Assembly (NCBI GenBank): GCA_044892505.1
Contig: CM097884.1
Coordinates: 110,236,001 to 110,300,000, forward strand
Source: Schmidtea nova
Taxonomy: Eukaryota
DNA length: 64,000 nt
Direction of reading: 5' to 3'
Each line of letters opens with the position of its first letter. The first letter of the stretch is position 1. Position numbers and translations under genes: made by a program. The notes under the pieces are model-generated. The model had not been told where the DNA came from. It saw only the letters and a program-made list of their open reading frames with translations, and did not search any database. Below are positions 53,901 to 63,624 of this stretch, in pieces.

Positions 53901-55644
53901 TAATCAATAATATTTCCTATTTTAGATTTCAAGACATGAGTTAGAAATTGTTATGTTATATTACGAAATTGCTTATGTAGATAATAAAAATATGATACTC
54001 TATTATAATAAAAATCATTAGTATAACAAATCCTTGCTCTTGGCCATACCACGATTCCCCAGTTGGGATGACGAGATTATGGATGTATGAGCCTCACCTT
54101 AAAGTGGAAATATGGGCTGGCCGATTACCAATCAGACAACGATCCACCCAGGCTACTAACAGATCCGCACAACTAAGGCTGGACGGATCGTCAGAAGATA
54201 TGGGAGAAAAAAAAATTTCTTTACTTATTTTCGATAATTTTATTCGAATAACTGCTGGTAAACTAATCATTAGGTAGGGAATTTGTGTCTTATTATGATA
54301 ATAATAACAAGAAAAATTTTAATAAGAATTAATATTTTAATAATTTCATAATAGCAATATATAAATCCATAAAATAATACATAACAAATTATCAAAGAAC
54401 GAGGAGTGGAATGATCGTCAGGCATGATGGACGACCATTCCAATCCTCAATAAAAATAAATATAACATAAAAAAAAAACAATTACTGTTTACGTTTCCTC
54501 ACGAATTTTGGGAATTAATAAATTCTTCTAAATCGGATTGAAATTCTCTGGGATTCTAAAAATCTTCTCGGAAAATAATGAATTCTTCTTAGCTAGAAGC
54601 TTTTCAACAGAGTTTTTTCACAATTTCTCTTAAATTAAGATGTTGTAAATTAAATTCTAAATTCTTAATAGAAAAATTTTTTTCACAAATTCTGACTTCT
54701 GCCATTTTGATGGCGGTATATATACCATCAAATTTTCTCTATCTCCGGTAGTGCAATAAAACAAATTGTTCTAGAATTTTCTCTTAATTTTTTCTAAATT
54801 AATTCTAATGATTTTCCGAAAATTAATTCCATATTTTTGTATAATAATTTTTTATAAACTATAAATAATTTATTTTAATTCAAAATTTTTATGTTTGAAT
54901 CGAAATTTGTTCGATTTGATTTAATTTATGATATTCGATCCATATTAATTCTTTCTATTGTTATATGTGAAATTTTGTGATAAATTCACAATTTTCCTCT
55001 AGAATTGTGTTAATTTTTCTGCACTTGAAGGTTTATGACAAAATTCTGTTCTTTATGGGCATTCTTCATGGGTTTTTTGCCTATTCTAGCTTCCAAACAT
55101 TCTGCTTTTAATTTTTCTCCAGATTTCAGTAAAAAGACTTACAAACTCGCAGTTAGCGCGTACTCTACCGGTTGATGTGTTTTGATTCCACTTCACCTTT
55201 TGGTGTTTTCCACTTAATTGTTGGATTTTTAATGGAAGCTAAGGTTAAAAATGGAATCTTGCGCGTTCTCTACCTATGGGGTTATCGCTTTATTAAAACA
55301 AATTGCGTTTTGGCCCAACATAAAATACTCGGGGGCCCGCAAAAATTGCATCCCGCAATTTCTCAGAGGGGTTAAGAACCAAGACTAATCAAAGGTCAAA
55401 AGGTTGTACATTATACACGAGCTACTTGGTCGTGATCATGCCGTTCGCGACAATAAAAATAAAAAGTGATAAAAATTAATAAAAAGTTAATACGTATACA
55501 TTAATATGAGTCTACATCGACTCGCAAGCAAAATTAAATGTAATATATGTGCCTACAGCCTCTAATCAAAGTTCAATATGAGTCTACAACGACTCGGATA
55601 AAAGTTTTATCAAGTTTATTAAGTTTGTTAAATTATCAAATTTA

Positions 55645-56439
55645 TTATTGAATTGGTTGGATCTTCGACTGGAATAGTTTGAATGACTCGGTATTGATCA
55701 ACTGTTTCTTGTCATCTTCTCTTCGGGATTGTTCGGAGGTCATGTTGTTCATCATTCTTGTGGTGGTCAAGCCTAACCGTATTATACCACAAATTCCGAT
55801 TATTAGGAAAAAGTTAAGGATGATCAGGCAGATATCGAGAATTCGTTCGGATGATAGGAGGGATGCTCTGCACTTGTCTCTGTCTTGATTGTTATCCGGT
55901 TTCGATATCTCGTTTATGTGATCGTGGATTTTATTCTTAAATGCCAGGTTCTCGAAATAAGCCTTTCTTAGTTGTTGTGCCGTTTGGTTTCCTACTTCGG
56001 AAATCTGCTGGGACAGGTTATGATGAATTTGCTGGATTTGTTTCAGACATTTCGGACTTGATGAATTTATCGTTGGCTGATCGATTAACTTGACTATATT
56101 CATTTTAAGTTCTTTGGTGAGACTTTTTATTGCGTCACGGGTTTCTCGATCATTATCAAAAATATCCTCGAATGTATCTCTGATCGCTAAATCGGCTAAT
56201 ATTATCGTTGCTATTCTCTTTAGACCTGAAATTTCTTCATTTTGATTGAAAAGGGTATTTTGAATTTCGACTTTGGCTTGCTCAATCTTTTCGGATAGTT
56301 GTTTGTTGTTAGAGATTTCAAATGGTTCTTTATTACATTGTTGATTTGGGTTTAATTGGCTTGATTTCTGGGTTTCTTCGAGATGACAATAAATTGTTGT
56401 GATCATGGCGATAAGGAAAACCTCTCGGTACGATTTCAT
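55645..56439 (-). CDS. Type-I membrane protein (264 aa): signal peptide, coiled-coil ectodomain, C-terminal TM
   Basis: N-terminal VFLIAMITTIYC; Q/E/K-rich heptads; TM ILDICLIILNFFLIIGICGII; intact ORF. Confidence 0.8.
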   Translation of the reverse strand: MKSYREVFLIAMITTIYCHLEETQKSSQLNPNQQCNKEPFEISNNKQLSEKIEQAKVEIQNTLFNQNEEISGLKRIATIILADLAIRDTFEDIFDNDRETRDAIKSLTKELKMNIVKLIDQPTINSSSPKCLKQIQQIHHNLSQQISEVGNQTAQQLRKAYFENLAFKNKIHDHINEISKPDNNQDRDKCRASLLSSERILDICLIILNFFLIIGICGIIRLGLTTTRMMNNMTSEQSRREDDKKQLINTESFKLFQSKIQPIQ

Positions 56440-56642
56440 TGTTGATTTTTTGTGTTTCTAATAGAAAGAAATTGAATAATGACGATAAATAATTTTTGTT
56501 ATTTACAAGGGCGTTACGATTTTTACACAGGGTTATGATTTAATGATGATGAAATATTGTTCAAGCTGAGAATACAAATAGATAGATAGGTTAAATGAAT
56601 GGAAGAAAATACATGAGTTGTCAAAAGGGGGATCGAATCGTA

Positions 56643-57467
56643 TTATTGTTTATAGAAGTAATTCATCTGCACCGAGGTTGTAGATGTCTCAGGATTAGGC
56701 TGTTCTGGAACTGGATCTTCAAATATTGATCTTAAAAAATTCTCTGACGGGTTGTTGTCTTCATGGGTGATTCGTTTGATTGTATTCAACTGGATTTTAG
56801 CTTTCTCTAATTTCATTTTCTCTAATCCGATTGATGCAGCAATGCTAAGGATCATTATGACCGCGAAAAGACTGATGCCTTGTAGAACGACTGTGATGGC
56901 TGCTTCTCGGTCTCTGACGTTTTCGTTTGTTGATCCTTGTTTAGGGGTAATCTCCTTTTGCTTTTCGGGTAATATCAATTGTTTTATAATTCTCTCGGTC
57001 TGATGAAGTTGACTTTTCAGTTTTTGATTTAACTCTTCTGTAAAACTTGATCTTTCCTCATTAACTTCATCTTTATTATTTAAAGATTTTTCTATTAGCT
57101 TGCTCAATTTCTTTAGTTCGGTTGTTAACTGTTTGAAAAATGATTGGTTTTCGAGCTGTTTCTTTAGTTGAAGATTGTTTCTTTTGGTTAAGGAGATTTG
57201 TAGTTGGATTAATTGTTGAGTTTCATTTCTTAATTGTTTAAGGATGGTGATTGAATCTTCACTGGATTTAGGACATTGTTGACATTGTAATTGTATCTGT
57301 TGACACTCCTCATTTCTGGTGCTACAAATTTCTTGATAGCTTACGCAAATGCTATCGGATCTTCTAAATGGGTGGCTTGCTTGACATTGACTCAATGCTT
57401 CTTCGCTTCGGCAGTTTGTAATTATAAATATCATGATGGTGGTTGTGATCCTCCTTAGATTGCTCAT
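56643..57467 (-). CDS. Type-I membrane protein (274 aa): signal peptide, Cys-rich N-terminus, coiled coil, TM
   Basis: ITTTIMIFIITNC; 7 Cys in the first ~70 aa; heptads; TM AAITVVLQGISLFAVIMILSIAASIGL. Confidence 0.8.
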   Translation of the reverse strand: MSNLRRITTTIMIFIITNCRSEEALSQCQASHPFRRSDSICVSYQEICSTRNEECQQIQLQCQQCPKSSEDSITILKQLRNETQQLIQLQISLTKRNNLQLKKQLENQSFFKQLTTELKKLSKLIEKSLNNKDEVNEERSSFTEELNQKLKSQLHQTERIIKQLILPEKQKEITPKQGSTNENVRDREAAITVVLQGISLFAVIMILSIAASIGLEKMKLEKAKIQLNTIKRITHEDNNPSENFLRSIFEDPVPEQPNPETSTTSVQMNYFYKQ

Positions 57468-57562
57468 TTTCTATAGATTTATAGATTCAAATTTGTTTAA
57501 TGATTTGTCAAATTTTCTCTTTTATATTTTTACAGGGATATTTACATGAGTTTAGATATATT

Positions 57563-58138
57563 TTATTCTTTCGTCTCTTCATTTAGCTTTAACGGACTTT
57601 CTGGCTTCCAGTTACCCATTTTTGCAATCTCGTCTGCTTCTTTTCGCCTTTGTTCTTTGAGGACGTAATTTTCTGCCGTTTTAATTTCTACAACTTTCTT
57701 TGCTTTGAATGTATCAAATTTTGCTTCTATGATTTCACTTTTCAACTTTATTATCTGTTTTTCTCTTTTGATAATCTTTTTCTGTTTGCTCTTCAAGGAT
57801 CGTTGTAATGACTCGATCTTAATTCTCCTTTTATTATCAGTGTTCTGTTCACTGCTTATTTCCCTTTTGAGTCTGTCAATCTCTTGCTTCTGTCTGTCGC
57901 AATATTTTTGAGTAAGACCATTTTGTTGGCGAAATAGATAATTTTCTCGCTTGATTATTTCCATCGTCTCGCACTCTTGTTCCATTTGTGCGATATATTT
58001 TCTATCTTTGCTCATTACTTCCTTCAATTGGTCTATTTGGTCTTGAAAATATTGTTCTGTTGCTCTTTTCCATTTTTTGAATCTTTCTTTTGATATCGTT
58101 TGTTGTTCTGGTTCTGATCTTTGCTTCAATAATCTCAT
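57563..58138 (-). CDS. Coiled-coil protein (191 aa), function unknown
   Basis: Intact ORF, K/E/Q-rich heptads. Confidence 0.75.
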   Translation of the reverse strand: MRLLKQRSEPEQQTISKERFKKWKRATEQYFQDQIDQLKEVMSKDRKYIAQMEQECETMEIIKRENYLFRQQNGLTQKYCDRQKQEIDRLKREISSEQNTDNKRRIKIESLQRSLKSKQKKIIKREKQIIKLKSEIIEAKFDTFKAKKVVEIKTAENYVLKEQRRKEADEIAKMGNWKPESPLKLNEETKE

Positions 58139-58419
58139 TTTCTATAATTTGAATTTTCATAACTCTTTTCTACAGTTTTATTAATTTTGTTTTTGTTTTT
58201 ATCATTTTTATCATTTTTATCATTTTTATCATTTTTAACATTTTCTAATTTTTATTTGTTTTTCATTTTTTCTAATTTTTATTGAATTTTTATTTTTTCT
58301 GCTTTTTATTTAGTTTTTTGGATATATTTTACAACTTTTTCTTTTTACATTTCTTTACAACGTTTTCTTTTTACACTACATTTCAATTTCTTTTTACACT
58401 TTACATTCACTTTTATTAT

Positions 58420-58611
58420 TTATACAAACGTCTCTTCAATTTCTCCGAACCCTTCATCTTCGATTTGAGGATTTTCTTGCTCCAAATGTACAGGTTGTAT
58501 TGGTGTTGGATATAGTGGCCATAGAATGATTGGAGGTTGATTTTGTAGGCTCTGAACTCTTTCTCGCAAGGTTCTTGAGATTTCTATCTCTTCATCTAGC
58601 AAATATGTCAT
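58420..58611 (-). CDS. Small ORF (63 aa) overlapping the upstream stop via ATGA
   Basis: Same codon style as its neighbours. Could be a frameshifted tail of 58608-59966. Confidence 0.4.
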   Translation of the reverse strand: MTYLLDEEIEISRTLRERVQSLQNQPPIILWPLYPTPIQPVHLEQENPQIEDEGFGEIEETFV

Positions 58612-59966
58612 ATAATCGAGTTTTCACTCAGCTGTTCCTTTTCTATCTCGAGCTCTCTCGTATTTTCCATATTTTTTAACCTTTCAATCTCTCTTTCATA
58701 GTTTTGGCGGTTTTCTTCCAAACTTTGGATAGCCATTTCAATCTCATACTGCGATTGCTGGATCGCTTTCTCACATTCGGCCTTTGTTTCTTCTATCTGC
58801 CGTCGCTGGTGTTGAATGACAATGTCTTTATGAGTATTTGTTCCTCGATATCCGTTGACTTCACGGTTTGCAATAGTCAATTCGATTGTCAATTCTTCAA
58901 TACTTCTATCATCCATATTTTTCTGTTGATCATATTGCCTATTTTCAAATTCCAGATATTTGATACGAGCTTCTTGATTCCTGGTAAATTTCATTCTCCT
59001 TTGATTCCATTCAGTTTTTAATTGAACTTGTCGTTTTAATTCTTTGTTTTCTATCTCTTGCTTTTCTGCATTTTCCCACAATTCTGCTTCATTTATTGAC
59101 ATCAGCTTCTTTGGAAATTCTCGTAGTTCGTCTCGAGTTCTTTTCCAGGTCTTTTTCCATGTTCTGGCTTGTTCTTTCAGCCACTTTATTTGATGCCTTA
59201 TGCTTCGTTCCCTGAACTGTCCGCTCGTTTTCAACTGGAATATTTCTTTTCTGAGTTTCTCCGTTTCCTCATGACGTATGTCTGCATACCAATGACATTC
59301 CTCTTTCAGAGCCTCGATTTGAACGTCTCTTCGTCTTAGTAATTCTTCCTGTAGCATTTTCCTGTGTCGAGCCATTTCCAATAAATCTTGGTGTTCTTGT
59401 TTCCATTTCCTAGCCTCTGCTTTAACTTTTCTAATGATATTTTCTTGTTCGCTTTCAGGTTCAATGTTTCTTGTTCTGACTTTAAGCTTCTTTTGAGGTT
59501 GTCCTCTCAAAACAAATGCTTCATCTCGACACTTTTCCCATTTCTTTTTCATGGCTTCATATCTGTTTCTTTCACTTTCGAGTTGTTGCTGATAGAATCT
59601 TATGGAGTTGTCATACCTTGTTTCGGTATCTCTTTTATAGGTTTCGAGCTCCTCTTTTCTTAGTCTCGCTTGATTTTTCAATGGTACCGACTTTCGTTGT
59701 TCGTGCTCGAGTTTTCTCTCCATTTCTCTGTACTCTCGTTTATAATTGTCTAATTCAGCTTCGATATGCGCCTTGTCGTTTATTATCTTTCGCAGTTCCT
59801 CGTTTTCTTCTTTTATTTTGTTGATCTCTTGGGTTCGTTTTTCAATTATTCTGACGTTCTCTTGGATGGCTTCCATTCTTTGTTCATAGCTTTTCATTTG
59901 ATTTAGTTGCTCTTGTCTTTTTGCCATCTCCTGATTTAGGATGTCTATCAATTGTTGTATATTCAT
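58608..59966 (-). CDS. Long coiled-coil protein (452 aa), Trp-studded
   Basis: Intact 1.36-kb ORF, E/K/R/Q-rich heptads. Confidence 0.8.
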   Translation of the reverse strand: MNIQQLIDILNQEMAKRQEQLNQMKSYEQRMEAIQENVRIIEKRTQEINKIKEENEELRKIINDKAHIEAELDNYKREYREMERKLEHEQRKSVPLKNQARLRKEELETYKRDTETRYDNSIRFYQQQLESERNRYEAMKKKWEKCRDEAFVLRGQPQKKLKVRTRNIEPESEQENIIRKVKAEARKWKQEHQDLLEMARHRKMLQEELLRRRDVQIEALKEECHWYADIRHEETEKLRKEIFQLKTSGQFRERSIRHQIKWLKEQARTWKKTWKRTRDELREFPKKLMSINEAELWENAEKQEIENKELKRQVQLKTEWNQRRMKFTRNQEARIKYLEFENRQYDQQKNMDDRSIEELTIELTIANREVNGYRGTNTHKDIVIQHQRRQIEETKAECEKAIQQSQYEIEMAIQSLEENRQNYEREIERLKNMENTRELEIEKEQLSENSII

Positions 59967-60100
59967 TCTGAAATAATAATAACATGGGTAATTTCCTTTT
60001 GTTTATACATTTTTTGTTGCTCATGCTTATTAAATAATACTTGTATACATCAAGTGAAATTAAAATCTTTACAATTTATTTACAAAGTTGTTTGATTGGA

Positions 60101-61270
60101 TTATTGATCGGCATAACGGAATCCCTTGATCCGTTTGTCGACCGGTTTCCTGCACATTGAGCACAATCTCAATTTATTGCTACAATTTTCACATGCTAAC
60201 AGATGTCCACACGGTAAATGAATAACTTCTACTTTCTTTATCCAACAGATTGAACAGGGGTATTTATTTAATATAACTTTCTTGATACATGATTCTGGGT
60301 TGACAACTTGGGATTTTCTGGTGAACTGTATTATAGCTTTAAAGAATTCTAGGGTTGATCCAAATGTTTCTCCATTTCTTCTCAATCTCTCTCTGATGAC
60401 TTCTTTCATAAATATTTCGCTTTTGCCGGTGCGTTCCATTGCCTTTTGAGTTCGTGGTTCCTCTAATATCTTGTCTACTAATAATTCATTAACAGGCACC
60501 TCTGGGTTTTTATAATTGATCGGCTCTTCGTCTTCATATAATTCTTCTCTATATTTACAATATTCGTTGGGTTTCAGGTATTCTCCTTCCTCTTTTGGTA
60601 ATTGATATTGTATTCCACACTCTGAACATTCAGCGGTTGATTCATTTATTGCATAAAGACCTTCTATTGCTAATCTGATACCCATCTTTTTATCTGCAAA
60701 AGTGTTAGTTCTCCCATTAATCGTATATTTTGGATCAATTTCTATGAAACGTATCTTTGCTGGACCTGTTGAAGTTATCGTTACTATTTTGGGTTTTTCT
60801 TCTTCGTCGTTGTTCATTGTTGCTGGTTTTCTTGGTGTTTCGCATGCCTTTAACACAAACTGGCATGTGGGTGAAAGTTTTCTATGTTCTGTTAGTGGAT
60901 CATCGTTAATTCTCCAAGGTTCTATTTCAATTCTGCAAAATACACAGGTTACTTTATCGGGTTTCTCAATTGTCCCTGCAAAATACAAACCATCTTTGGC
61001 GAATTTTCTGTATTGCTTTTCATAGAAATTGTCTTGTTGTAAAAAGGTTATATATCTTCGGTTCTCATTTTTCAACGTTTCATCGATAATTTTGAATTTG
61101 CCATAATTCCTTTCCTTGGGAACATTCGATATTGTTCGTGTAAATTGGCAATAAATCAATTCTGAGGTAATTGGTTTTGACATCTTTTCTTTACCTCTTT
61201 TCATTAATTCGCATAAACTTTTGAATGATCTGTCATCTTCTCGTATTTTCACGATCTTCCTTTCAGTCAT
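60101..61270 (-). CDS. Inhibitor of apoptosis (IAP/BIRC family): BIR, degenerate BIR, UBA-like region, RING (389 aa)
   Basis: Exact BIR Zn signature C-x2-C-x16-H-x6-C (CVFC...EH...PTC). C-terminal IAP-type RING CSIC..PCGH..CENC..CSMC. Intronless. Confidence 0.93.
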   Translation of the reverse strand: MTERKIVKIREDDRSFKSLCELMKRGKEKMSKPITSELIYCQFTRTISNVPKERNYGKFKIIDETLKNENRRYITFLQQDNFYEKQYRKFAKDGLYFAGTIEKPDKVTCVFCRIEIEPWRINDDPLTEHRKLSPTCQFVLKACETPRKPATMNNDEEEKPKIVTITSTGPAKIRFIEIDPKYTINGRTNTFADKKMGIRLAIEGLYAINESTAECSECGIQYQLPKEEGEYLKPNEYCKYREELYEDEEPINYKNPEVPVNELLVDKILEEPRTQKAMERTGKSEIFMKEVIRERLRRNGETFGSTLEFFKAIIQFTRKSQVVNPESCIKKVILNKYPCSICWIKKVEVIHLPCGHLLACENCSNKLRLCSMCRKPVDKRIKGFRYADQ

Positions 61271-61490
61271 TGTATCTACAATATTTTCTCCGTTATATTT
61301 TCACAATTTTTGTTTTCTATATTTACAAAATTTTGATTTTTCTCATTTTTATATTTGATTTTTTGGTTTTTCTCATTTTTATATTTCTTTTTAATTTTTA
61401 TGTTTTTTGTGATTTTTTAATTTTATTTTGTACATTATGATACAGATACTTCATTATAATACAGACATATTTACACTTTTTCCATCTTCA

Positions 61491-62948
61491 CTACGGCTTC
61501 CTCACTTCGATAATCAGATACAGGATATTATTTACCAAATATAATGATTGTTCTGTGGTTAAATAATGTAATGCAATAAAACGTGGATTTCCTACAGCTA
61601 CGTTGTAGTTTTCGATCGGCTTCCTATAAGCTGCTTCTACCTTCTTCAAGTTTGGTCTGAATACTTCCCGAACGTTGTTTTCCTTTGTTCCGATCATCAT
61701 AGTTATATCGCAATCGTAGGGCCATTCTAACCAATCGTCATAATCTCCTTTACATATTTGAAAATATACAGATAAATGAGTTCCGGCTCCTAGTCCGTCT
61801 CCCGTTAGATATACTTTGAATCTGAGCTTGTAACCATGTTTCCAACTGTGACAAGGTGGACTTGTCCATACACGTTGACCTCCTTCTCTTGCTAGTCTCA
61901 ATTTCTCTGTAAATTCTGTGATTTTCCAATAGTAGGGTGTGACGGGTAGTTCTTCCATTGTTGGCAATATGCTTTCCAATCTTTGTTGGATTGTTGATAT
62001 TTCTGCTATTTTCTGGTCTAATAGTATCATTTTTTGGATCATTTGTTCTCTTATTCTTTCAAAATTTCCTCTCGTATCCAACATCTCTTGTATCATGATT
62101 TTGTGTGATTTTATTTCTGTGTTGGCTTCTCCAATTACCAGTGCGATTGCTCCAATAGCTTCCACAACGGTTCTCAAATGATTTACACTATTTTCATCTA
62201 CATGCTTTTGTATTTCCTCTTTTGGTAATCTCACTTTGCAATTGAATAATTTTAGTGGACATGCAGTAGGCTTCTTTTCGCATATTTCCCAATGTTCTTT
62301 TAGCTTCACGTTTTCTGTCATTCCACATTGATTACAATTTCCTTCGTACTCGTCACATATTTGCCCTTCTTCTATATTCCAATGCTCATCTTTTAACACT
62401 ATCCAAGCGTCTGTTTCGTTGCAAAACTCACAGATTTCCTGTCGTTGTTCACACATTTCCTCATGACTGTCTTTGACTTTCTTCAACATTTCTTCTTCAC
62501 ACCACTTGCATTTGGCTTTCGTATCATCACAATTATAAAGGTGTTTGGCGATCCATTTTATTGGCCCACTCTATACACATGGTTTATTTGGACAGGTTGT
62601 TGCTGCGTTCATTATTTTCCGATTCATTGCGATATCTGGTCTGGTTTGGTCAAATTGGTATATTATTGCTTCACCACATTCAGGACATAGCTTCTGTTTT
62701 GTTCGTATTATTTTCATCACGCAATTAGTGCATATTCGACATCCACATTCAGTTTGTCTGGGTTCTATCAATAAATTTCTACATACTTTGCATTTAAACC
62801 TTTCTTGAAATTCTGTTGGTTCTATCTGTTGTCTCTGTAGTATCTGATATAATTCGATCAATTCCTCTTGTTTCTGCTGATTCTCGGTCTGCATTCTAAA
62901 ATAATTTACAATTTTTTCGTTTTGCTCTTTATACCAAGTTTTATTCAT
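61491..62948 (-). pseudogene. TRAF: TRAF-family protein (RING, Zn fingers, coiled coil, MATH), one in-frame TAG at 62571-62573
   Basis: The two track ORFs are in frame, linked by 27 sense codons (CPNKPCV*SGPIKW...). MATH motif GYKLRFKVYLTGDG.GAGTHLSVYF..KGDYDDWLEWP is TRAF2/3/5-like. Symbol is family-level only. Confidence 0.93.
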
Positions 62949-62988
62949 ATTCACATTTTTACATTTTATTTACACTGGTTTTAAATTT

Positions 62989-63624
62989 TTATAATGGTTC
63001 ATCCCTTCCCGTCGAGTCAGGCTCTCGAACCGGTTCTGGAAAATTGTCTAACCAGTTATACCATGCTCTAACTTCTTCTCGCGTCTCATTCAATCTTCTA
63101 ATTTCGTTTGTTTGCCACTCCGTATGTCTTGTTAACCATTCAATTCTCTGGTCCTTTTGGATTATCATTTGTTGTTGTTCTTCCATTTTAGCAAGATATA
63201 ATAAATTTCTGTTTACACTTTCTGTTAACAAAGCTTGTTCGTTTTTCCATTGTGCATAGGCTTGATTCAACATCCTGCTTAATAATTCACATTGCGTTTT
63301 CCATGATAACTCTTGCGTCATTGTCTGCTGATAAACCATAGGAGCTGATATTGATTGAGTCTGGCTATTTGTTGGTTGTTGATTTAATACGAATGTCGTT
63401 TGAATTGGATTCATGGTTTCATCAAATAGTGGGATTTCGACTTGGTATATCAGGTTTCTATCATCAATTGTTGGATTTTGCGTTTCATTTTCGATTACTG
63501 GGGTTTGCAGTGACCCTTCTCTTTCTCGTATATTGGTATCTTCTGGAAATTGAGTTTGATTTGATGGTTCATTGATCGTTGGAACTGATGCTTGATAACT
63601 TTGATTCTCGTTGTTCGGATTCAT
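62989..63624 (-). CDS. N/Q/T-rich protein with C-terminal coiled coil (211 aa from first ATG)
   Basis: Intact ORF. The track start at 63633 is TTG; the first ATG is at 63624. Confidence 0.7.
   Translation of the reverse strand: MNPNNENQSYQASVPTINEPSNQTQFPEDTNIREREGSLQTPVIENETQNPTIDDRNLIYQVEIPLFDETMNPIQTTFVLNQQPTNSQTQSISAPMVYQQTMTQELSWKTQCELLSRMLNQAYAQWKNEQALLTESVNRNLLYLAKMEEQQQMIIQKDQRIEWLTRHTEWQTNEIRRLNETREEVRAWYNWLDNFPEPVREPDSTGRDEPL

Noticed and set aside
55311-55345. TGGCCCAAC or GGGGGCCCG as a primer binding site
   Set aside because: Only partial similarity to Lys or Pro PBSs and not positioned directly after a CA end.
55679-63575. Plus-strand and short overlapping ORFs across the cassette
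   Set aside because: Shadow ORFs of the A-rich minus-strand genes, with F/L/I/S-biased composition and no motifs.
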